From an uncultured archaeon (GTDB taxonomy: Archaea > Iainarchaeota > Iainarchaeia > Iainarchaeales > Iainarchaeaceae), in assembly GCA_964373815.1 (NCBI GenBank), contig CAYJWI010000003.1, positions 8,321 to 72,320 of the forward strand: a stretch of 64,000 bases of DNA, read 5' to 3'. Position numbers and translations under genes: made by a program. Each line of letters opens with the position of its first letter. Position 1 is the stretch's first letter. The notes under the pieces were generated by a model. It worked only from the letters and a program-made list of their open reading frames with translations, had not been told where the DNA came from and ran no database searches. Below, one piece after another: positions 1 through 9,580 of this stretch.

Positions 1-76
1 ATGCCTGCACTTCCATTCCGCATTCCGCGCATTTCTGCTTTTTTATGTCCATTGCAATGCCCCGGTTTCCAAAGCC

Positions 77-433
77 TCAATCTTCTATAATTAGTTCAAG
101 TTTTTTAACGTAATCCTTCTGCACGAAGTCATAGCTGTTGTAGTGCTCCGTCGCCCTCACAGTAATTGCATGCGTCCCCGCCCTTGTGAGGGGCCTTGGG
201 TGCAGCTCGAAGTGCTCGGTGAAATTTTTTCCCGGCTCGAGCTCCCCAATCCTTTTTGCGTAGGCGCTGCGTAGCCCGCTCCTGTCAAGCGAGAGGCTCG
301 AGGGCAGCGCCATCTGGTATGAGGCGAGCGCCTTTGCGCTTCCACCGTTGCTTATTGTGAGCCTCATTTTCACGGGCTCTTTCCTGCTAATTTTCATCCT
401 GTAAGGCCGGAATTCGTTTGTTATTGAAAGCAT
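77..433 (-). CDS. hypothetical protein (118 aa)
   Basis: ORF track only; no recognisable motif. Confidence 0.3.
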   Translation of the reverse strand: MLSITNEFRPYRMKISRKEPVKMRLTISNGGSAKALASYQMALPSSLSLDRSGLRSAYAKRIGELEPGKNFTEHFELHPRPLTRAGTHAITVRATEHYNSYDFVQKDYVKKLELIIED

Positions 434-571
434 GTTTTTACCGCTGAAATAATAAGTTCTCCGGAATTTTTAAACGCACCCAAACCTGTTATGTAGCTGT
501 TTGCCTAAAGTGTGTGATGAAAAGTGTTAAAAAGAGGTTAAGAATTATTACTTAGTTTTTCTAAAAGTTTT

Positions 572-1057
572 TTGGTGTTATTCTTGGGCAAGGAATTCCC
601 TGAAGCTGAGTTTGTGCGAAAGACTTTCATAATAAGGCAGATGGACTTTCCGCCGGAGGTCTCGCTCACAAAGCGCTCGCTTGTGCGCTGGTTCGCGCTG
701 GGTTTTGGCCTGATTTCGGAGCGCGAGTCTCGCTCGACGATACTTGATGTGCTCGATTCGCTTTTCCATTTCCAGCTTTCAAAAAAATCCGCGCCGACAA
801 CCCTCGAGCTACTCTCGCACCTCAAGGGCTCGCAGAAGAAGATTGACGAAAAGCTGCTCCGCTACCACCTCAAAAGGCTCGTTGATGTCGGCCTTCTCGA
901 GCGCAGGAAGGGCAGGCTCTCCTTTGCCACAGACCCGCACGCGGACAGAAACGACATTGTGAAAGGCTTCCAGCACAATGTCGGCCTTCCACTGCAAGAG
1001 TCATTGAATAGGCTTTCGCTGGCTTTGGGGAAAATATCCGAAAAGTACAGGAAATGA
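572..1057 (+). CDS. putative winged-helix DNA-binding protein
   Basis: C-terminal half has the pattern LRYHLKRLVDVGLLERRKG typical of wHTH recognition helix plus wing; the call is weak. Confidence 0.35.
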   Translation: MVLFLGKEFPEAEFVRKTFIIRQMDFPPEVSLTKRSLVRWFALGFGLISERESRSTILDVLDSLFHFQLSKKSAPTTLELLSHLKGSQKKIDEKLLRYHLKRLVDVGLLERRKGRLSFATDPHADRNDIVKGFQHNVGLPLQESLNRLSLALGKISEKYRK

Positions 1058-1399
1058 TTTTTGTAAAGGTTAATAAACCACAAAACACATTCCTTCTTCT
1101 ATGCCAATAAGACGTTCCAAACCCTCAGCCGACTTTGCAGTCAGGGTTCTTGGCGCAATCAGAAAGGCGAAACTGCGCATCCCTGTTCAACCAATTAATC
1201 CTAGGCTTCCGAAGAAGGGTCTGAACCCAACCCTATTATTGGATTTACGGCAATTAGGTTCAGCAAAAAAAAGCTTAAAATTAGTCCCCACTCCCACAAA
1301 AATTAAGGTGCGTCTTGCTCCCAAATTCCCAAAGCAAGCCTAAATTATGTAGCAGGAAAGTAGTTCTTTTTATCTGGTTTTTGTTTTGTTGTTGGTTGT

Positions 1400-1960
1400 A
1401 TGAGTGTCGGACTTTTAGACAAACCCACGCAGCAGTTGATCTGCGTTGATTCAAAAGGCAAGGAACTTGGCAAGGTAGTTGACCGCAAGTCCGCGCACAC
1501 AGCCCCAGGGATAAAGCACCTTGCAATACAGGTGCTTGTTTTTAATTCAAAAAACGAACTCATACTCCATGAAAGGCCGCGGCAGAAGGTCGGGGGCGGG
1601 GTTTTTGACGCCCCTACAACGCATATACTTGACGGTGAAACAAAAGAGGCGGCCGCCTTGCGCTGCATGAAGGACGAGTACGGGATTTCCGGAAAAGTGG
1701 ACGTAAAGGTTCTTGGCGGCTTTTCATACGAAAAGGATTATGGCGATGGCTCGTGCGAGAATGAGTTCTGCCTCGCCGCTTATGCAACTTATGATGGGGA
1801 AATAGTGCCAAACAATGAGCACGCCGGAAAAATACTCAACGTGCCGGCAAAAAAAGTTTCAAAAGAGCTCTCTTCCGGCTCCGCCCAATACCCGGTCTGG
1901 CTCAAAGGCACTCTCGAAATAGTGATGAAGGATTCGCAGGGAAAAAAGTTTTTTGGGTGA
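1400..1960 (+). CDS. Nudix-fold protein resembling type 1 isopentenyl-diphosphate isomerase, with catalytic Cys replaced by Thr
   Basis: Recalled alignment to E. coli Idi: AHTA, HLA, FN.K..L.L..R, THILDGE (His conserved) and ENEFC matching ENEVC metal/catalytic Glu pair. The position of Cys67 is Thr. Confidence 0.5.
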   Translation: MSVGLLDKPTQQLICVDSKGKELGKVVDRKSAHTAPGIKHLAIQVLVFNSKNELILHERPRQKVGGGVFDAPTTHILDGETKEAAALRCMKDEYGISGKVDVKVLGGFSYEKDYGDGSCENEFCLAAYATYDGEIVPNNEHAGKILNVPAKKVSKELSSGSAQYPVWLKGTLEIVMKDSQGKKFFG

Positions 1961-1969
1961 ATTCAAAAA

Positions 1970-3076
1970 TTATTTTTCCACCCTCACCCCTTCTTCCGAA
2001 ATTTTCGCGTCTATAAGAATTATCCCGCTCTCCTTCCACTCTTTTGCAATCCTTTCAGGCTTCGCGTTCCTGAAATAAATGCATATTCCGCAGTCCCCCC
2101 CGCCCGCGCCGGAGACCTTTGCAGAGGCGTAATATTTTGTCGCTATTTCCGCCATTTTTCTATGCTCCGGTGTTTCAATTTCCGCCCCGCTCTGTTCCCC
2201 TAGCTCGCGGAGCAGTTCTTTGTTCTCGTCAATAAGTGTCAGTATTTCCTTCTCCTCTTTTTTTTCAATGGCTTCAATGAGCGCTTCAGTCGTTTCCTTT
2301 ATCCAGAAAATTATTTTCTCATACTCGCCCTTCTGCGTGGTTTTGAATTTTTCCATTTTCTGCACGAGTTCTTTGGTCAAGGAGCTTTTTCCGGTAAAGC
2401 CAATGAGCATGCCCATGTTCTCCGGCAGCTCTATCCGCCTGTGCTCTAGCAGCGGCCATTTCTCTTGGGCTATTTGGTGTATTTTTTTGCTTTTCATCTC
2501 CCCCGCAAGCCACTTTGCATCAAACCTTTTGTACACGAGCGCGCCGCCGAATGTAGAAGCTGCGGCATCAAAGCCCGAGCCTATTTTTCCCTGCGCCTTG
2601 TAGTGCGCGATTATGCCGAGCTTGAAGAGCGTTTCCTTCCCCTTTTCGCTTTCAATCCCAAGCCCGTGTAGTTTGAGTATTGCGCCAATTATCGCCACCA
2701 CTGCCGCGGCGCTGCTCCCAAAACCGGGTTTCATCTGCGTGCCGTTGATTTTAATGGCGCTTATTTCCGATTCTGTTTCGAGGGAAAAGGCCTTCGCTTT
2801 TGCGCCCTTTCCATATAGGTATGCGAGCGCTGTTTCTATTGCGTTTTTTGTGAAGGAGAGCTTTTCGTCGGGTTTTTCGAACACAACCTCTTGTCCAACA
2901 AATCGCGCTTTTGTTTTTATGCCAAAATCCTTGAGATTCACGCTCATTTCCTTCCCTTCCTGCGCTTTTGCATAAACCCTCTTGTCAAGGCTGAGGACTA
3001 TGCAGGGAACGCCGTTTTCGAGTATGCTCCACTCGCCTGATAGCATTATTTTTCCGGGTGCGGAAACCTTCACCAT
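1970..3076 (-). CDS. phosphomevalonate kinase (GHMP kinase, Erg8/MvaK2 type)
   Basis: N-terminal SAPGKIMLSGEWSILE resembles PMK SAPGK..AGEY motif; GHMP ATP loop PGFGSSAAAVVA; last gene of the mevalonate operon. Confidence 0.6.
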   Translation of the reverse strand: MVKVSAPGKIMLSGEWSILENGVPCIVLSLDKRVYAKAQEGKEMSVNLKDFGIKTKARFVGQEVVFEKPDEKLSFTKNAIETALAYLYGKGAKAKAFSLETESEISAIKINGTQMKPGFGSSAAAVVAIIGAILKLHGLGIESEKGKETLFKLGIIAHYKAQGKIGSGFDAAASTFGGALVYKRFDAKWLAGEMKSKKIHQIAQEKWPLLEHRRIELPENMGMLIGFTGKSSLTKELVQKMEKFKTTQKGEYEKIIFWIKETTEALIEAIEKKEEKEILTLIDENKELLRELGEQSGAEIETPEHRKMAEIATKYYASAKVSGAGGGDCGICIYFRNAKPERIAKEWKESGIILIDAKISEEGVRVEK

Positions 3077-3570
3077 TTTTTCGCCTCCAGATACATCCCA
3101 AATGTCTGCTCGAGCCCAGGGCTTATTTTCTTCAACCGCTTTATTATGCCTTGCGCCTGCTTTGGCGAAACCAGTTCAGCTTTCTCGACTTCGCTCTTCT
3201 GCAATTTCATTTTCCCGCTTCCCGCGCCCATGAAAACCCCTAGCATGAAAGAATCCGGGTATCGCTTGTCCTCTATTATTTTTTTCCCGAGGAATTGCAG
3301 GTTTTCGATTTTCAACCCCAATTCCTCCATAACTCCCCGTTTTGCTGCCTGCTCGTAAGTCTCCCCACTTTTGAGTGTTTCCTCTACAAAGCTCCAGTTG
3401 CCCGGCCTTATTTCCTTGCGTTTTGACCTTTTCTCGAGCACCAGTTTTCCACCGGCCTCAACATAGATTCCGGCGCACCTGTAAAGGAAGCGCCCGCTTT
3501 TTGCTTCCTTCCTTGTTGCCTTCCCAATGACTTCATCATTTTCGTTGATGATGTCGACTATTTCTTCCAT
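3070..3570 (-). CDS. Nudix hydrolase embedded in the mevalonate operon
   Basis: Nudix box SGETYEQAAKRGVMEELGL (GX5EX7REUXEEXGU); lacks the His/Cys residues of IDI type 1. Confidence 0.65.
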   Translation of the reverse strand: MEEIVDIINENDEVIGKATRKEAKSGRFLYRCAGIYVEAGGKLVLEKRSKRKEIRPGNWSFVEETLKSGETYEQAAKRGVMEELGLKIENLQFLGKKIIEDKRYPDSFMLGVFMGAGSGKMKLQKSEVEKAELVSPKQAQGIIKRLKKISPGLEQTFGMYLEAKKW

Positions 3571-3573
3571 ATA

Positions 3574-4593
3574 TCAGAACAGCCCCTTGTTCAGAAGTTT
3601 CGCCCCTTGTCCGGCATGGCATAGCATTGTCTGCTTCACCGCTTTTATTCCTTCGAGCCTTTTCTGTATTTTTTTTGCCTGCGGATCTAGGCAGAGAACC
3701 TTGACCTGCGGCCCGCCGTCAATCGTAAAATAGCATTCAACCCCTTCCTCGCGCATCACCATCACTTCTTTCATTATAGTGATTGTCTCCGGCTCCCAGT
3801 AGATTATGTGCGGGGTTGTGGTGTGCATCGTTGCGTGCATTTTGAGGGCGTTTAGTTCCGCGGTTGCGCCAAGTAGGGTGAACTTTTTCTCCCCCACGGC
3901 TTCTCTCATGCAGGAGAGGTCAGATTCTATTGTTTCGAGCCAGGATTTGTAGAGCGGCGAATTGGCCACTGTTTGTGCCATTCCCGGCCGTGACTTTATT
4001 TTTTTCTCCTTCGGCGTGACAACGGTTACAACCATTGCAAGTTCTGGCCAGTGCTCTTCTGTTGCAATTTGTTTTGCATAGCTGTCCGAGCCGTCTTCGA
4101 GGCCCCCTCTCACCCATTCAGCAAAGCCGCCGTAAATGCTCCTTGCCGCGCTTCCACTCCCCCTGCGCGCGAGCATGCTTAGCTCCTTTTTGTCAAGGTG
4201 CAATCCTAGCGCTTTTGTCGCTGCAAGGCTTAGCGCCGCAAACCCGGATGCGGAGCTCGCAAGTCCTGCGGCTTTTGGGAAATTGTTTTCGCTTTCCACT
4301 TTTGCTGCAAGGGAAGTTTTGGCCATCCTCCTAACAAGGTCGAGGTGTTCAATCACCCTTTCCAGTTCCTCGCCTTTGGATTTTTTTCCGTCAATCACGA
4401 CCTCGTCCTTGATGTTTTTTCCGGAGAATTCAACTGTTGTCGTGGTGTGCAGTTTGTCTAGCGTCATCGATATGCTCGAGTTCTGCGGCAGGATGAGCCG
4501 CTCGTTGCGCTTTCCCCAGTATTTCACTAGCGCGATGTTAGAGTTTGCTGTTGCGGTGGCTTTCAGATTTCCACCCCTATCTTTGTCCTGCAA
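3574..4593 (-). CDS. mvaD: diphosphomevalonate decarboxylase
   Basis: NIALVKYWGKRNERLILPQNSSISMTLD signature of MVD; GHMP fold GLASSASGFAAL. Confidence 0.8.
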   Translation of the reverse strand: MQDKDRGGNLKATATANSNIALVKYWGKRNERLILPQNSSISMTLDKLHTTTTVEFSGKNIKDEVVIDGKKSKGEELERVIEHLDLVRRMAKTSLAAKVESENNFPKAAGLASSASGFAALSLAATKALGLHLDKKELSMLARRGSGSAARSIYGGFAEWVRGGLEDGSDSYAKQIATEEHWPELAMVVTVVTPKEKKIKSRPGMAQTVANSPLYKSWLETIESDLSCMREAVGEKKFTLLGATAELNALKMHATMHTTTPHIIYWEPETITIMKEVMVMREEGVECYFTIDGGPQVKVLCLDPQAKKIQKRLEGIKAVKQTMLCHAGQGAKLLNKGLF

Positions 4594-5573
4594 ACCTCGA
4601 ATCCGGCTTTTTCACACGCTTTCGCGACACTTTCCTGCAGCGCTTTTCCGGGTGTGAGTGCGAGCATGTTCCCGCCAATCCCAGCGCCGGTGAGCTTTGC
4701 GCCAAGTGCCCCGCTTTGGATCGCAGTGTGAACAAGCAAATCAAGTTCCCTGCAACTAACCCCCATTTCCTGCAGGAGTTCGTGGTTTTTGCCCACGAGC
4801 TTTCCCACTGTTCCCCAATCCTCTTTTTCTATTGCCTCTCTTGCCTCAAGTGCAAGCTTTTCATATTCCGCAAACATTTCAGAGTATTTTTCCGGCTCCT
4901 TTTCCCGGTTCCGTTTCACCATTTCCACGATTTCCCCCGTGTCATGTATTATGCCGGTGTCCGCGAGCACAACTTCCACTGGCTTTCTGATTTTAATTTT
5001 TTCAAACCCTTTCCCCTTCACAAACCACAAAAGCCCGCCGTAAGTCGAAACCGTGTTGTCAATCCCGCTCGGGTTTCCATGGAAGAGCTTTTCGACTTCG
5101 TATGCGATTTCGTTCACCCTCTCGTTTCCTAGCCCTAGCCTGAATTTTTGGTCGAGGCACCTTATGATTGAAACACCGAGCGCAGCGGAGCTTCCCATGC
5201 CGCCCTTAATTGACATGTTTGTTGTGAGCTTTAGCCTGAAGTTTTTTTCTTTTATGCCAGTTTCTTTGAATACTACATCCAGCACTTGGTCGAGCCTTTT
5301 GTACTTGTTCTCCCCGTACCTTACTAGCTCCCCTGTAACCAAATCGTTCGAGATTATGCCGTTCTTGTTTTGCGCAAAAGCGCAGGTGGTGTTCAGCTCA
5401 ACCGATGCGGCAATCCCCGGCAGGCCGTATACCACGAAGTGCTCTCCGAAGAGTATCGCCTTTCCGTAGCCGATTCCTATAGCTTGTTTCATGCAGGGCC
5501 CTCTAATAATTGGCTTCAAAATATTTAATGGGATACCCGGACAAAATTTATGTAGCAAAGAGGGTTTATGCAA
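4563..5573 (-). CDS. mvk: mevalonate kinase
   Basis: GKAILFGEHFVVYG motif and GHMP loop KGGMGSSAALGVSII. Confidence 0.8.
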   Translation of the reverse strand: MHKPSLLHKFCPGIPLNILKPIIRGPCMKQAIGIGYGKAILFGEHFVVYGLPGIAASVELNTTCAFAQNKNGIISNDLVTGELVRYGENKYKRLDQVLDVVFKETGIKEKNFRLKLTTNMSIKGGMGSSAALGVSIIRCLDQKFRLGLGNERVNEIAYEVEKLFHGNPSGIDNTVSTYGGLLWFVKGKGFEKIKIRKPVEVVLADTGIIHDTGEIVEMVKRNREKEPEKYSEMFAEYEKLALEAREAIEKEDWGTVGKLVGKNHELLQEMGVSCRELDLLVHTAIQSGALGAKLTGAGIGGNMLALTPGKALQESVAKACEKAGFEVCRTKIGVEI

Positions 5574-6012
5574 TTACTTTGAACTTATACCCGTACGCTA
5601 TCGCGCCTTCCTTGTCCGTGTCCGAGATTTTGCGGAAAACCTTCTTCACTTTCGCGCCGATTTTCACTTTCTCAGGCTCCGAATCAACTATTTGCGTAAG
5701 CACTCGCACCTTGTTCGAAAGCTCTATTATCGCAAGATAGTAAGGAGTCTCATTTTCAAACCCGAGCGGCCCTGCGAAAACCTCTGTCCAGGAAAGTATT
5801 TTCCCCTCGCGCGGCATCTCTTTTGGCGAGAGCTTTCCCCTCCTGCCGGTCGCGGGGTCCATCACGCGTGCGGGGAAGAACTCCTGTCCTGTTTCAGTGT
5901 TTATGTTCCCCTCCATCCTATACCTTTCTGGGTACTTTCTCCAGTGCAATGGCAATGAACCTTGGACCATTTTTTCACCTTTCACGCTCTCCTGTACAAA
6001 TGCACGACGCAC
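5566..6012 (-). CDS. DUF35-family OB-fold protein (partner of archaeal thiolase/HMG-CoA synthase)
   Basis: Size, position between thiolase and MVK, and 31-nt overlap with thiolase gene; known archaeal thiolase-HMGCS-DUF35 gene trio. Confidence 0.55.
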   Translation of the reverse strand: MRRAFVQESVKGEKMVQGSLPLHWRKYPERYRMEGNINTETGQEFFPARVMDPATGRRGKLSPKEMPREGKILSWTEVFAGPLGFENETPYYLAIIELSNKVRVLTQIVDSEPEKVKIGAKVKKVFRKISDTDKEGAIAYGYKFKVIA

Positions 6013-7148
6013 GTTGCCCCTGAACCGCCGACGTTATGCGAAAGGCCTATTTCAGCGCCCTTGACCTGCCTCTTTCCCGCCATGTCATTGAGCTGCCAAT
6101 ATGCCTCAATTGCCTGTTTAATTCCCGTGGCGCCAATTGCATGACCAAATGCCTTAAGTCCGCCGCTGGTGTTTACTGGAATTGCGCCGCCGATTGCGGT
6201 GTTTCCCTGCTCCGTGAACTTCCCGCCTTCTCCCTGTTTGCAAAATCCTAAAGCTTCAATTGCCATTATCTCGGCCGGACTAAAACAATCGTGGACCTCT
6301 GCAAAGCTGATATCTTTTGATTTAACTCCTGCAAGCTTATATGCCTGCTCTCCGGCTATTTTTGCAGATGCAGTTTCCCAAAGATTTTTCCTGTGCGCAA
6401 GCGCGAGCGTGTCGGATGCCTGTGCGGAAGCAATTATTTCAACCGCTTTGCCTGCCACCTTCATTTTCTTTGCAACATCTGTTGCGCAGAGTATTACGGC
6501 GGCGGCTCCATCACTGATTGGAGAGCAATCCAATAATTTTAACGGGGATGCTATATATCCAGATTTCATTACGTCCTCAATTGTAATTTCGTTCCTGAAT
6601 TGGGCATAAGGGTTGTGTACTGCATTACTGTGGTTTTTGACTGAAACGGCTGCCATCTGCTCCTCTGTTGTTCCAAATTTTTCCATATGTGCGCGTGCCA
6701 TCAGAGCGTAAAGTGCAGGGAAACTTGCCCCCACGAAGAGTTCTGTTTCCTGGTCTCCGGCTCCGCCTAAAGCGAACCCTGCGTCTTCAGTGCTTACTTC
6801 CGTCATTTTCTCAATGCCGCCCACTGCCACAATATCATATAGTCCGCTGGCTACTGCTATGTATCCGTTTCTAAGTGCCACCCCCCCACTTGCACAAGCG
6901 GCCTCAATTCTTGTCGCAGGAATGGGATTCAAACCTAATTGGTCGGCAATAAGCGCTCCGATGTGCTCCTGGCCGATGAATCTTCCCGATGCCATGCACC
7001 CGCCGTACACGGCCTGTATGTCTTTGCGTTCAAGGCCAGAATCAACAATTGCTTTTGTCCCGGCTTCCGCTATAAGCTCTTTGAAATTCTTATCCCAATG
7101 TTCACCAAACTGGGTCAATCCAACAGAAATAATAGATACGCTTCTCAT
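5982..7148 (-). CDS. acetyl-CoA C-acetyltransferase (archaeal thiolase)
   Basis: Thiolase-like fold motifs (IEAACASGG, NTSGGLKAFGHAIGATG near C-terminus); operon context. Confidence 0.8.
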   Translation of the reverse strand: MRSVSIISVGLTQFGEHWDKNFKELIAEAGTKAIVDSGLERKDIQAVYGGCMASGRFIGQEHIGALIADQLGLNPIPATRIEAACASGGVALRNGYIAVASGLYDIVAVGGIEKMTEVSTEDAGFALGGAGDQETELFVGASFPALYALMARAHMEKFGTTEEQMAAVSVKNHSNAVHNPYAQFRNEITIEDVMKSGYIASPLKLLDCSPISDGAAAVILCATDVAKKMKVAGKAVEIIASAQASDTLALAHRKNLWETASAKIAGEQAYKLAGVKSKDISFAEVHDCFSPAEIMAIEALGFCKQGEGGKFTEQGNTAIGGAIPVNTSGGLKAFGHAIGATGIKQAIEAYWQLNDMAGKRQVKGAEIGLSHNVGGSGATCVVHLYRRA

Positions 7149-7259
7149 TTTTTCACCCGATTTGAAACCCCGAAATTGAAGACAAAATAAAACCGACTAA
7201 TTGAATTGCAATTAGGATAATTGCGCTGTACAAAACAATCTCTTTAAGCTGTTCCATCC

Positions 7260-8312
7260 TCATCCACCAATTCCCTTAATCTTCTTCCTGTGAATCACGT
7301 ACTGCGCGTAATCGACGTATTCCTTCTCTTTTATTGCCTCTAGCAGCGGCACTTTCGCGCGCTTCTTCTCAATGTTTTTTGTGGTTGTAAGTATGAAAGA
7401 ATCGCTCCCCGCTCCCGAGCCGTATGACGTTACGAGTATTTTTGCCCCCGGTTTTGCAACATCGAGAACCGATGCAAGCCCGACCATCGAAGCTCCCGAG
7501 TATGTGTTCCCGATTAATGGCGTAAGCATGCCTTGTTTTATTTTAGAATCCTCGAAGCCGAGTATTTTCGCGGTGCGCATTGGGAATTTCCCGTTCGGCT
7601 GGTGGAAGACCGCGTAATCAAAATCCTTCGCCTCCATCCCCGCTTTTTTCATCATGTTTTTAGAGGCGCTTATCACGTGCCTGAAGTATGCAGGCTCTCC
7701 TGTGAATCTTCCCGCGTGCCTTGGGAATTCTGCGTGCTGCCTGCGCCAGAAATCCGGGGTGTCGGTTGTGAAAGAGTAAGTGTCGTTTATTTCCGCAATT
7801 ATTTCCTCTTTTTTGTCCCCTACAATGAATGCCGCCCCCCCGGAGCCGGCAGTGAACTCCAGTGCGTCCCCCGGCCTTCCCTGTGCGGTGTCAGCGCCTA
7901 CGGCAAGGCCGTACTTTATCATTCCAGCTTTCGCAAGGCCATAAACTATCTGTAGCCCCGCGGTTCCAGCCTTGCATGCGAACTCGAGGTCAGCGCACAT
8001 GTAATCCTGTCCGGCATTTAGCGCTTCTCCGACAATTGAGGAAGTTGTTTTCACAGCGTACGGGTGCGATTCCGAGCCGATGTAAATCGCCCCGATTTCT
8101 TTTGGGCTGATTCCCGCAACTTCTATTGCGAGCCTTGATGCCTCAACAGAAATCGTGGAAGTGTCCTCGTCCCATGATGCAAGCGCCTTCTCCTTTACCC
8201 CAAGGCTGTTCGATATTTTCTTTCCGTCCTTTTTCCAGACGCGCGCAATTTCCTCAACAGTGATTCTTTTTTTGGGAACATATGCTCCGTAGCCTACGAT
8301 TCCGGGGTTCAT
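7260..8312 (-). CDS. hydroxymethylglutaryl-CoA synthase
   Basis: HMGCS-like sequence (YGSGAGSD, active-site region CADLEFACKAGT); ATGA overlap with HMGR gene. Confidence 0.8.
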   Translation of the reverse strand: MNPGIVGYGAYVPKKRITVEEIARVWKKDGKKISNSLGVKEKALASWDEDTSTISVEASRLAIEVAGISPKEIGAIYIGSESHPYAVKTTSSIVGEALNAGQDYMCADLEFACKAGTAGLQIVYGLAKAGMIKYGLAVGADTAQGRPGDALEFTAGSGGAAFIVGDKKEEIIAEINDTYSFTTDTPDFWRRQHAEFPRHAGRFTGEPAYFRHVISASKNMMKKAGMEAKDFDYAVFHQPNGKFPMRTAKILGFEDSKIKQGMLTPLIGNTYSGASMVGLASVLDVAKPGAKILVTSYGSGAGSDSFILTTTKNIEKKRAKVPLLEAIKEKEYVDYAQYVIHRKKIKGIGG

Positions 8313-9580
8313 TTTTTCGCCTCTATTATCTCTTTTGCCCTTGAAACGCTTATATTCCCTTCCCTAATCATCCGCTCGGCAACATCCTCGACCTGCTTTC
8401 CCGCAGCGCCGGCAGTTACCGCAATGTTTTTCGCGTGCAGCTTCATGTGCCCTTTCTGTATGCCTTCAGTCGAAAGCGCCTTGAGCGCGGCAAAGTTCTG
8501 CGCAAGCCCAACTGATGCAATAACTTCCGCAAGCTCGTTTGCGGTCTTTACCCCAAGAAGTTTCATGTTGATTTTTGCGATAGGGTGGGTTTTCGTAGCC
8601 CCGCCAACAAGCCCAACCGCGACTGGGAGTTCTATTTCCCCGACCAAATCTCCCTGCTTGTTTTTGTAGTATTTTGTGAGGGGCTTGTACTTTCCGCCCA
8701 GCGAAGCGTATGCGTGCGCCCCGGCTTCGATCGCGCGGAAATCATTTCCGGTTGCAATCACCACGGCATCTATTCCGTTCATTATGCCCTTGTTGTGCGT
8801 TGCGGCGCGGTACTCGTCATTCGCGGCGAATTCGTAAGCATCGAGAATCCCTTCAATGGCATCTTCGCCTATTTCCCCTTTTTTCCAGATAGTTGTAGCC
8901 TTCACTGTGCGGTGCACCGCGAGGTTTGAGATTATTTTGAGCCTTGTTTTCCCGCCCGTGAGCTCTTCTAGCATTAGCGAGATGCGCTCGCACATGGTGT
9001 TCACGGCGTTCGCGCCCATCGCATCGCGCACATCCACAAGCAGGTGCAGCACCACCATTTTTCCCCTGCCAGTGGAAATTTCCCTGCCTTCTATTTTTTT
9101 CGCGCCTCCGCCGAATTTTACGAGTGTCGAATCCCCGGAGTTCGCTTTTGCTAGGATTTCCTTTTCCGCTGCGAGCACTTTTTTTATAGCTTCCTTTCCA
9201 TCCTTTGCCCCAACTATTTGTATCTGCCCAATCATAACAGGCTCGCTAGCTTTTGCCTCAAAGCCCGAAGAGAGTTTTGCCGCATTGCTCGCGGCGGCAA
9301 CAACGCTAGGCTCCTCAATTGCAAAGGGCACGAGGTATTCCTTTCCATTCACTGAAAAATTTGTGGCGATGCCGAGCGGAAGGCCCATTGTGGAGTAGAC
9401 GTTCTCTATCATCCTGTTCGCGGTCTCGAAATCGAGCCCACCATACTTTTTGAGCGCTTGCAGTTCCTCTTCCGTAAGGTCTGCGAACTCCTTTACTATT
9501 GCAAGCCTTTGCTCGAGGCTTTTTTCGTAGAACTTGCTGATTTTAGAGGTTTTCATGTGTAACACTGATTGGTGCTTCAA
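8309..9580 (-). CDS. HMG-CoA reductase
   Basis: DAMGANAVNTMCE motif and overall HMGR organisation, 423 aa. Confidence 0.8.
   Translation of the reverse strand: MKHQSVLHMKTSKISKFYEKSLEQRLAIVKEFADLTEEELQALKKYGGLDFETANRMIENVYSTMGLPLGIATNFSVNGKEYLVPFAIEEPSVVAAASNAAKLSSGFEAKASEPVMIGQIQIVGAKDGKEAIKKVLAAEKEILAKANSGDSTLVKFGGGAKKIEGREISTGRGKMVVLHLLVDVRDAMGANAVNTMCERISLMLEELTGGKTRLKIISNLAVHRTVKATTIWKKGEIGEDAIEGILDAYEFAANDEYRAATHNKGIMNGIDAVVIATGNDFRAIEAGAHAYASLGGKYKPLTKYYKNKQGDLVGEIELPVAVGLVGGATKTHPIAKINMKLLGVKTANELAEVIASVGLAQNFAALKALSTEGIQKGHMKLHAKNIAVTAGAAGKQVEDVAERMIREGNISVSRAKEIIEAKK

Noticed and set aside
5491-5958. Plus-strand ORFs (for example 5491..5958, 4545..5132, 2613..2975) overlapping the mevalonate operon
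   Set aside because: They are antisense to well-supported minus-strand genes and have low-complexity products. They are shadow ORFs.
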